Assembly: GCA_951406725.2 (NCBI GenBank)
Contig: OX597815.1
Coordinates: 62,620,001 to 62,684,000 of the forward strand
Source: Octopus vulgaris
Lineage: Eukaryota
Reading direction: 5' to 3'
Length of the DNA stretch: 64,000 bases
Shown: positions 53,883 to 64,000 of the stretch, piece after piece
Layout of the letters: every line of letters begins with the position of its first letter
How positions within the stretch are numbered: the stretch's first letter is position 1
The notes under the pieces: model-generated
The model's input: the letters and a program-made list of their open reading frames with translations, nothing else
What the model was told of the DNA's origin: nothing
Database searches by the model: none
Position numbers and translations under genes: made by a program

Positions 53883-54009
53883 CTTTTTCTGTCACTAAAA
53901 AAATTTAAGTTTCGACACATGGTGTAAAGCTAGTAGTCGCCTAACAAAGGGGAGATAATCCTTTCGAAATTAAATTAATCTGAAGTGGGCTTGAAAGTTC
54001 GAAGTTTAA

Positions 54010-54229
54010 CCCTTTAGCATTCAGATTAATTTATCAAATGTAAGGTTTATGTATCCATATTTTAAAAAATTAATTACGTATTATCTTGTAGCTTCAAGAT
54101 TTTGAAGATGTAATCATTTAATTTTAGAATGACATTGTAGGGTAGGTGGGAGAGACTGGATCTGGCCAGTTTGAACATAAAGCAGGTAGACCATTTGGGC
54201 CGGATATGGCCGGTTTAAATGCTAAAGGG
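54010..54229. mobile_element. piggyBac-type MITE, 220 bp
   Basis: TTAA|CCCTTTAGCATT ... AATGCTAAAGGG|TTAA. Confidence 0.93.
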
Positions 54230-55293
54230 TTAAATAAAAAAATAAAAAAAGGTGTGCAAAATATAAACATCTAATATTTCTTTTTTATTGCGCATTATGA
54301 AGATCTTAAGACATCGGTAGCCATGTATACGCTGTTTCATCTTTCTTTGGAATCGTCAGCAAATGATCAGATAAATAGGATAGGTAGAAACCTTTACAGT
54401 TTTTTGCTATTTTTTAAATAAATTAAATTTTGAATGGAAATTCTATTTTTATAAAAAAAATTATTCTATTAAAGCAAATTTTCGTCATAGTTTTTTTTAC
54501 AAAATATTGTTAGAAAATGATATTATATTAACTAATTATGATCAAGTTTATAAAAACTTATTATGATTCAGATATCTAGCCGCTTTATACAGGCAAAGTC
54601 ACCAATCCTACTTTAACAACTCTATTATATTTTCTCATATTTTACACACCCCCTCCCCACTACATTCACAGACAAGTTCTGAATGGATATATTCAGAGAG
54701 GCATTTGTACTCTTAAGGTTAATGAATAAAACAACCACGCAATGTTTTCACATACAAGCATATACAAATTTCAACAATTCCCACACACAGACACATGCAT
54801 ACATACAGTGAATTAATTTTATCCACGGAGGCATATTGATAAAAATCGTGTAGTTAAATTAATTCAGTAAACACACACACGCGCGCGGACAGGCACATCT
54901 ACCCTTGAGAATATAAAAAGAATTCAGCAATTATCCAATGCAAATTCATTTGACTAAATGTTTATCAAAAACTAAATTTTTGAGAGAAAATCCTCGTTAT
55001 ATCTTATATCAAAGATTATCCTGTTTCAAATTGCCCAATGAATTGAATTATTTTGAAGTATATTAGGAAAATTGTTTGAGATTTGTAGCATTTATTGTAT
55101 CCAAAATTTTATTCAATATCTAAAATTGTTCTATAGATAAAACGTTGCATGAAAATTTGTTTTGACAAAAAGTCGTTGGTTGCAATAATGATCGACTAAA
55201 CATCGTTAGTAAAAATTCGTGTCGGGATATAAATTCACACGCATTCACATTTACACACGCTTGTTCACGCGCACGTACAAACGTACACGCACG

Positions 55294-55354
<61 letters not shown>

Positions 55355-55449
55355 CCGCATACGTACACATACACATATATATATATCACGACGTTGTCTA
55401 ATGATAATTTGCCGAACAAATTATCTCGTTTCGTCTTTCTCCTACATAT

Positions 55450-58400
55450 CTCAGGCCGAGGAACTCATGAGGGCGGAAGAAAACATGAGGGCGGAGGAAC
55501 TCAGGAGCAGTTAACGGCCAGCCAAAATATGATCCTGGACAAGATCTGAAATTGCATCCGATGACAATGGGCTTTGCCTTGAGGAAAGTGGAGCTACTTC
55601 TGAATTTGTCATTGCTCCCAGGTCCGCCAATGTCCGGAGCGGTACCACCTGTTCGGACTAGGAGAAGGACAACTCAGAACATAAAACCATTCAGGACAGA
55701 GAAGTTCTTTAGCTACAAACTGGCATATTTCATAGGTGATGATAACACCAATCTAAAATCCGTGTGACATCAACACTTCGACTCTTCCCTAGACGCAAGG
55801 TCTGAAGCATGATGTTGCAGCGCTGTATGGAGCCAATCGTTTTGGTTTACTCCATGCCACTGGATAACTCCATGCAGTGCCAAGTTATTGGGTCACAGAC
55901 TGTGCAACCGTTTCTCCTCTATAAACTTCCTAGCACAATCGTTTCCTATCGTGTGCGATTATGTTTCGAAGTCCTGTGGCGATGAGTGCCGAATGGCAGG
56001 GGTAGGCTTAAGCTGGCTGGAAGTCCTTAGTTCTGCGCTTGTACACAGGCGGTCTCAGTAAGATGGTAGTTTGCTTCCCGAACGAGCAGCCGAGACTCTT
56101 GGTCCTACTGAGATGACTGAACAGCCTTGTTTAGAGATACCCTGCTCACCCCCAAGATGGGGAGTATCATAGAAAATGTAGCCTAAAAAACGCCTGCACA
56201 AATACCTAATCTAGATGGATAACCACGTCCTTCGGAATGTCTTTCAAATGCGGTCGAAATATTAAAAGTAAAATTCAACCTCTGAATATTGTAACCTGGA
56301 ATCTCCGCACTTTAGTGGATGACATCAACACCTCCCGTCCCAATCGCCGCAATGTCCTTATTGCGGCGGAACTCCATCGCTACAACATCGACGTTGCCAC
56401 CCTCATTGAAACTCTCTTCCTTGAGGAGGGGTCTCTTACGGAGGTAGGCGAGGGATACACTTTATTCTGGAAAGGTCACCCTACTGCCCCCCCACCATCT
56501 GCTATTGCTGTCAGATCAGCTTTGGTTCGATCGCTAACTGAGTCACCAGTTGGCATCAGTGAACAGCTCATGACAATACACATCCCACTAGCTCATGGCC
56601 GTTCGGATACACTGATTAGTGCTTATGCACCAACTCTCACAAAGAGGATAAAGATGCCTTCTACGCTTCCTTGCATGCTGCCCTGCAGCAAGTTCTACGC
56701 GAAGACTAACTCTTACTTTTAGTCGACTTCAAAGCGAGAGTGGGATCAAACCACCGCATTTGGCATGGTATTTTCAGTAGGCTCAGTATCGGAAACACCA
56801 CTCAAACGGCCTCCGCCTCCTCGAACTTCGTTCTGAATTTTCACTTTACATCGCCAACTCGATGTTCCAACTTGCTGAGAAACACAAAACAACATGGATG
56901 CTCCCCAGATCCGAGCACTGGCACCTGATTGACTATGCCATCACACGCCGCTCGGACCTGCAAGATGGGGAAATCACCAAAGTTATGCGCAGTGCCAACT
57001 ACTGAACCGACCATCGCTTGGTCCGATACCAGCTACGCTTGCGAATTCGTCCTCCTATCCGTAAGCAAAAACTGAAGCAGAAGTTAAATGTTGGAAACCT
57101 GCACTCGCGTGAAGCCCGCCAAAAACTGGGTGTAACACTGGAACAATAGTTTGCCGAACTCCCTGATGCCGAGACTGGACCAAATGATGGACAATCTCTG
57201 ATGTCAGAGTGGAACACTCTGGTAACCACTATCACTAACGCTACGAGAGGTATACTTGGTGTTCTGAATAGACATCATCAGGACTGGTTTGATGATTACT
57301 CGACGGAGATCCACTCACTTTTATGTGAGAAAATACTGCACACAACAGACATCTCCGTCAACCAACAGTAGCCAACCACAGACATTGGGCAAGCCTCGAA
57401 TCTGAGTTCCAGCAAAAACTTAGAACTATGCAGAACAACTGGTGAAAGACTAAAGTACAAAAAATACAAGGCTATGCTGATACAAAAAAACACCCAAGCT
57501 TTCTACGAATCCATAAAGACCGCATACGATCCAATTAGAGGATCCTTCTGGCCCGTATGGAACGATGATGCAACATCATTCATCAAGGACCGAGATGGCA
57601 TTCTGTCACGATGGGCTGAGAATTTCAACATTCTCCTCAACCGTAGAAACCCCATAGGCCCTTCTTTTCTTGACAACATCCCTTCACTACCATCTATCGA
57701 TTACCTAGATGGTACACCGACATTTGGGGAAATTAAATCTGCGATAAATGGCCTCAAGTTGAACAAGGTATCCGGCATTGAGCATCTTCCAGCCGAGATC
57801 TTGTGGTACGGTGGCCGGACCCTCAAGACCTGCATCCATGCTTTCATCTACAGAATGGACTTCCTACTGTGTGTCCCAACAATGGAAATATGCCGACATT
57901 GATGCCATATACAAAAACAAAGGTGATGGAGCAGTCTTTGGAGATAGCCGAGGCATCTCCTTGCTTTCGGTTGCTGGTAAAGTCCTCGCTCGAGTCCTCC
58001 TATCACACCTTCTGAGGCATATTGCTGATGTTGTACTGCTTGAAATCCAATGTGATTTCCGAAGCGTCCGCTCGACAGTTGACATGATCTTTGTCGCACG
58101 TCTTCTCTAGGAGAAATGCCGTGAGCAAAACCACTCCCTTTACATGGATTTATAGACTTAACCAAAATCTTTTGCACCATTGACCGTGTTGTTTGTAGAA
58201 AATCCTAACAAAATTTGGCTCCCACTAAATTTTCTTGCCATTCTGAAGGACTTCCACAATAGAATGATGGCCAGAGTTGTCTATAACGGCGCCCAGTCTG
58301 ACTTCTTCCCGGTCTAGGTCGGTGTCAAGCAAGGATGCGTACTTTCTTCAGTTACCTTCAACTTCTACATGGCAGCCGTAGCCCTCCACGCCAGGCATTC

Positions 58401-59488
58401 ATTAAAGCTGAAAGATGCAATAACTACCAGGTACCAGCCGGATGGCAGTATTTTCAATCTGAGACGCCTGAAATCTGTAACAAAGCCGTCATCTGAACAC
58501 ATCTTCGTGTTGCAATATGCAGATGATACGGCACTTGTCAGCCATAGCTCTGCTGTCCTTCAAAGGCTCTTGGACCAGTTGTCAGATGTATACAGCCATG
58601 CTGGCCTAGTCATCAATACCAAGAAGACGGAAAGCCTCCAACAGCCTTGTGCCCCCGACACCAACCCATGTTCCTTCCATGTTGAAGATGCGACAATTGC
58701 TAATGTTAACCAATTCATATACCTTTGCTCAGTGCTCAACAACACCCTCGATCTGACAGACGATATTCAGCGTATTCGTCTTGCCTCTGATGCGTTTGGT
58801 CCGCTAAGTATTCAAGTCCTTCTCAACAAAAACATCAACATCAGAACAAGAGTGGCTGTCTACGATGCTGTTTGTGTCTCAATCCGGCTATATGACTGCG
58901 AGTCTTGGGTGCCCTACCGGCGTCATATCAGGATGCTCTAACGGTTTCATATCTCTCGCCTTCAAAGACTCCTTGGATTATATTGGTGGAACAGGATCTC
59001 TCATTCTGAGACACGTGGCTGAATAAACAGCCAGCCATTGAAAGTAACAATCTCTAATCGCCAAATCAGATGGGCAGGGCATGTCATTCGAAAGCCTTCA
59101 AATCGATTGCCCCGCCTTGTTATGCACGGCGAACTTGAAGATGGAAGACCTTCTGTCGGTGGCCAGATCACGTGAAGGCACCGCTGAAAAAGTTTCATAT
59201 CTTTCCCGACAGTCTCGAATCAATGGCTACATATCGCACTAGCTGGCGCGACGCACACAAGACTGGTACCGCCAAACTCCAAGAAAATCTACTGCAGAGT
59301 GAAATGGAACGTTGCGCTCGGCGGCACGTGCAGAACCCTGAAAGTCAACCGCAGCAAATCTTTATATGCTCCAATTGCGGACGTATCTGTCTCTCCACAA
59401 TCGGACCTCATAGTCATCAGAGATCGCATAACTACAAATGACGTTTGAGAAAAGTACTCATCGTTTTGCGATGTTCGGGAAATGATGA
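55450..59488 (+). mobile_element. RTE-clade LINE, near full length, inactivated
   Basis: ~790 bp 5' UTR with CTAGGAGAAGGACAACTC, then APE endonuclease, RT and C2H2 finger; short 3' UTR ending GAAATGATGA. Confidence 0.93.
56237..59441 (+). pseudogene. RTE ORF (APE endonuclease + reverse transcriptase + C2H2), many frameshifts and stops
   Basis: LNIVTWNLRTL, YTLFWKG, LISAYAPT, TDHRLV, RGISLLSVAGKVLAR, GVKQGCVL, LQYADD (58516), CSNCGRICLSTIGPHSHQRSH. Confidence 0.93.
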
Positions 59489-60019
59489 CACATTTCACCC
59501 TCCGTATGTATATCGATTGAAAAATCCAAGTAGTTTTTATATCTAAGTGTATGAGTGTGTGTGCGTGAGCGCGTGTGTAAACGAACCCATTTATACAATC
59601 CACAAAGATATTTATTTTCTTATGTCACAATAATACAGATAAACCGCGACTGCCTTGCTACCATTGGGTCTCGGCCACATGAGAAACCATAACTATATAA
59701 AAAGTTTGGAAGAGAATTTTACAGTTTGACGAACCCACGAAAACTACAACTCTAAACCCTTCACTGGCAAAAATAATCATGATATTCTAAGTGTATTGGG
59801 TTCAATACATATATAAGAACAAACACACTAATATACATTTATATAAACGTATATACACACGTGCACTCGCACGTACATACATTTATACAGATTTATAACA
59901 CTTGGTGTGAAAGAATGCATTATTGTAAGTGTAGTGAGATCAGGATTGTCTATAAGAGGATTAAAAATTGAGAAAGTATGATTTTTTAAAGTAAATAGTA
60001 AAATATCGTTCCATTCTGC

Positions 60020-60420
60020 ACAGAGGAATCTGCAAAAATATAACTTTAAAAATAACAACGAATGTCTTTTTATGAAGTATGATGAGGAATAATTTTGATT
60101 TGTTAAAACTGAAGTAGGGAACAGAGAGTGAATAATTGTTCTATGTAAATCAAGTGGTGCCTTCCAATTTTACAGAAAATACTTGTCATAGTGGTGACTT
60201 TTAGTGACTATCTCTGTTCTGATATTTTAATAGTTTTTCAAAGCTATTAATAATATCTATTTTGTGGCTCTTCTCAGCTATTTCCAATTTGTCTGATTCT
60301 TTGTCTAATTTCTGTTTCTTTTGCATCTCTTCAGAAACTTCCTCGATGTACTAAAAATACCAAGAGTATTTTGTTCCAAACTCCAAGTACTATTACAGAA
60401 TAAACCGTATTCCTGTATCT
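60020..60420 (-). mobile_element. Possible hAT transposase C-terminal remnant
   Basis: Minus SLFPTSVLTNQNYSSSYFIK resembles the hAT dimerisation motif LFPTSYLCEqGFS..IK. Confidence 0.3.
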
Positions 60421-60822
60421 TAAATGTCTGAATAAAGAATTATAGTTGAACAGGAATTCACTGGACTCAAAACCTATCCTGTGTATTTCTACTAATAAGG
60501 TAATGTATGCATGATTGTGTGTTAGGCTATATTTGTTTATAAAACATTGTTATTACGTTAACCATGGCTGGCTTCTCTTTCCTCCAAAGTTCACAGATCT
60601 GTTCTTTGTGCTGAAAGTGTACCACAGGTTAAAATCCATTGATGATTTTCACTTCTGTAAAGAAGCAGTGTCTTGCTGCAGCTGCAGCAGTCTACGAATG
60701 CATTAACAACATGGCAACATAAAATATTGCTTATATACACTTAAGTTTCTATACATAGTTCTGTGCCGTTTGAGAAATATTATTAATATTATTTCATAAA
60801 TATAAGTCTGTGTTTATGCGTA

Positions 60823-60864
<42 letters not shown>

Positions 60865-60974
60865 CGCGTGCGTGTGTATGTGTGTGTGAGGGGCATTATA
60901 AAACTAAAGTGAACTTCTTTGCCCAATTGGCCAAAAAACAGCTGGAACACACACATGTATATATATATATAAAT

Positions 60975-61235
60975 ACAAAATGGGACAAGAACGCAAAGCA
61001 TTCAAATAGACATTACAAAAAACACGGACGGGTCATTCGAAGCCTCTAATCTTCAGTCAAGAACCGGATCATCCTCCAATTTCGGCTGATTAATCTTGAG
61101 ATTGCTCCGATCTGGCCAGCCCCAAGGAAAGACTAAGCTACGAGCATTAGATTTCTTGGAAAAAGGATCGAATGTATACGAAACAAGGACAGAAAAACGG
61201 ACGATGTTACACGAATATAAATACAAAAATCAATA
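60975..61235 (-). mobile_element. Possible PLE-like short module
   Basis: Microsatellite-flanked, pyrimidine-rich on minus, with CTGAAGA..GAAT non-canonical core. Confidence 0.35.
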
Positions 61236-61257
61236 ATAATAATAATAATAATAACAG

Positions 61258-61339
<82 letters not shown>

Positions 61340-61341
<2 letters not shown>

Positions 61342-62080
61342 AATGTGCACAATATATAGTTATAAGCTACTAAAAGTTTCATACACTGGAGATGTTACCC
61401 AGGCAAGCTTCAGTAGCACATCTAGTGTTTCGAAGCAATCTTTAGGCTCTGAGCGCATGGCTTTACAAGTTACAAATCAGAACAAGAGAACAAGAGCAAT
61501 CACGAGAAAAACGAGGAATTTGAGTGAAAAAGGGAAAGGTGAAGACAGGGAAAGAGAAAAGAAAGATAATTATAGTCATATCTCCTTTGACCGTAAAACT
61601 ATAAGACTAGTTCGTGTAGGTCCACAGTATATGATACAGTTACTCAATCCGGACAGGTCGGTGTTCTCCAGTTCGCCAAAAGAAATGTGTTCGTTTGTTC
61701 GCATTTTCAGAAAATTTATGATCTGCAATTCAGCAGGGCGGTGGAATTCTTCCATCTAAAAATTATATGCGATCCTTCATCTAGAAATAACTTGCATTTT
61801 TTAGATCCATTAACATATGGTTTGGATTTTTCTACGATTTTTATCCTGATTTCATAAGGAGTGGAGTTGGTCTTCAAACTCCGTGTATGGTGGCCAACTT
61901 GGTGGCTTTACACTTGCTTATGAGCAGGAAAGAAAATAGGTGGTTAGCATAGCGTCTTTTGAAGTCATCTTCGCATAACCCGATGTAATCCTTCTTTTCG
62001 GTTACGTTATCATGTAGGTTTGCTGTGACTTCTGCCTCATATACATGTCTGGTTAAGTAGGCAAGTTCCAGAGTTTCGAT
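61340..62080 (-). mobile_element. Penelope-like element 3' end: GIY-YIG endonuclease remnant + 3' UTR
   Basis: Minus: GTCLL..VYEAEVT..KKDYIGLCEDDFKRRYANHLFSF..ATKLA..YEIRIKIVEKSKPYVNGSKKCKLFLDE..LLNCRS. Confidence 0.88.
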
Positions 62081-62173
62081 AGTTAGAAACGGGAGTGGGA
62101 TCTATGTATTGTTTAGATTAAATAGTTTTTATCTCTCTCTCGGTGGAGTATTTTTACAGGCTTAACGGAAAAA

Positions 62174-62227
<54 letters not shown>

Positions 62228-62379
62228 ATATATGTACATGTGAATATTTGAGTAGTTGAATGAATTATCTTATTAAGGATAATTCGAATTAACCGATACC
62301 TGGGTAGCAAATTCACATCAGAAAAACACGGTTGAAGTTACGTGCTTTCGTGTGGAAATTTGTATGTTTATTTTAAAAT

Positions 62380-62736
62380 TATAAATATATGAAAGAATGG
62401 AGCTGAACGACGAATTAACAAAATTCCTTTATTTTCGACATATGTTTCGAAGGCTGCATATTCCTAATTGCGAAGGAATAAGGAGTACATTATGCCGCTT
62501 TCTCATGACTTATGTCAACATCAAAATGCACAAAAAACTTTTAGATGATTGCTCACACGGAGCCCATAGCGTGCATTTTGATGTTGACATAAGTTCCTTG
62601 CTTTCCCTGATGAGAAAGCGGCATAATGTACTCCTTATTCCTTCGCAATTAGGAATATGCAGCCTTCGAAACATATGTCGAAAATAAAGGAATTTTGTTA
62701 ATTCGTCGTTCGGCTCCATTCTTTCATATATTTATA
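62380..62736. repeat. 357 bp near-perfect inverted repeat (inverted PLE pLTR pair)
   Basis: Arms 62380-62531 and 62571-62736, 39 nt spacer, one substitution and one ~14 nt indel. Confidence 0.95.
62595..62691 (+). ncRNA. Type-I hammerhead ribozyme, intact core
   Basis: CTGATGA 62607-62613; stem II GAAAGCGGCATA/TATGCAGCCTTC; GAAA 62668-62671; palindromic stem III ACATATGT; GUC site ending 62679; stem I TCCTTGCTTTCC/GAAAATAAAGGA. Confidence 0.78.
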
Positions 62737-62770
62737 TATGTACATATGTATATATTTATATATATGTATG

Positions 62771-62862
<92 letters not shown>

Positions 62863-62864
<2 letters not shown>

Positions 62865-63028
62865 GCGCAGGAGTGGCTGTGTGGTAAGTAGCTTGCTAAC
62901 CAACCACATTGTTCCGGGTTCAGTCCCACTGCGTGGCATCTTGGGCAAGTGTCTTCTGCTATAGCCCCGGGCCGACCAATGCCTTGTGAGTGGATTTGGT
63001 AGACGGAAACTGAAAGAAGACTGTCGTA

Positions 63029-63087
<59 letters not shown>

Positions 63088-63297
63088 TTGTGTGTCTGTG
63101 TTTGTCCCCCTAGCATTACTTGACAACCGATGCTGGTATGTTTACGTCCCCGTCACTTAGCGGTTCGGCAAAAGAGACCGATAGAATAAGTACTGGGCTT
63201 ACAAAAAGAATAAGTCCCGGGGTCGATTTGCTCGACTAAAGGTGGTGCTCCAGCATGGCCGCAGTCAAATGACTGAAACAAGTAAAAGAGTAAAAGA
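62863..63297 (+). mobile_element. SINE family A, full length
   Basis: AGGCGCAGGAGTGGCTGTGTGGTAAG..GGGTTCAGTCCC..CAAGTAAAAGAGTAAAAGA, inserted in (TA)n. Confidence 0.95.
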
Positions 63298-64000
63298 TAT
63301 ATATATATATATGCATATATACATACGTACATGTACACATACGCACACATATATAGGCAGCTATATATATACGACATAATCATTATAAGCTACCATGTAT
63401 ATTATAAAACTATTGATAGAAACTTAAGTGTCTATAAATATTTTATAAGTATGTGTCTGTGCGTGTGAGTGTATGTGTGCGTATATGTGTGTATAAGTGT
63501 GTGTGCGCGTCTGATGTGTATGTGTATAGTGACTGTTTCTTTCGTCATCAGTTAAATGTATACTTTTGTAACTGTTTCATATTTTCTATGTATTTATGAA
63601 TGAAATATTTATATAGGAAGCCTGTAGACTGTGGATGTATTGTTTACTAACGTTTTCTCAAACTCGTTTTGTTTTTTACCGTCTAATACGCTGCACTGCA
63701 GGGTATTAGTTAGTAGAAAACTGTACCTGAGCGTTCGTACATACACAAACAACATGCAGAAAAGCATATGCATATTAACAGCCTGAGCATCATTAAATAC
63801 CCTTTTCTTGTCGTCACTACACTACAGGTTTGAACTTGAAACATAAACTGTGCGGTAGTTGTGATTGCGTTATTTCTCGTAGTTTCACTTTTTATTCGCT
63901 CCAAACAAGAGTAGCGTCCACTGAACCGGTGTTCTTCTTTATTATATACTTTTTATCTTTTATCTGTAAACTTTTATTTGTTCTAGTCATTAGACTGCAG

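Noticed and set aside
55430-59510. Target-site duplication for the RTE element
   Set aside because: Only a loose ACATATCTC/ACATTTCAC similarity; not convincing
63530-63555. Minus CTGATGA-CGAAA-GAAACAGTC hammerhead-like word
   Set aside because: No stem II can form

Overview
Eukaryotic, AT-rich, repeat-saturated DNA with no recognisable host protein-coding gene. The SINE families, microsatellite load and LINE types resemble an octopus (coleoid cephalopod) intergenic or intronic region; this is inferred from recalled repeat families, not from a database search. Nearly all ORFs in the track are translated microsatellites. The real content is: about nine decayed R4/Dong-clade (RLE) non-LTR retrotransposon fragments, mostly sitting in (TAA)n/(AAC)n tracts; one near-full-length but frameshifted RTE LINE (55.5-59.5 kb); CR1/Jockey-like and Tx1-like scraps; Penelope-like (PLE) remnants including a GIY-YIG domain; DD41D and DD37D Tc1/mariner relics; mariner, piggyBac and Tigger-type MITEs; at least four SINE-like families; and a 1.65 kb tandem duplication. 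The most notable unannotated signal is a series of minimal type-I hammerhead ribozyme motifs in short TA-flanked PLE-derived modules. One has an intact core and lies in a 357 bp fold-back palindrome whose mirror arm lacks the core. Boundaries of decayed elements are approximate.
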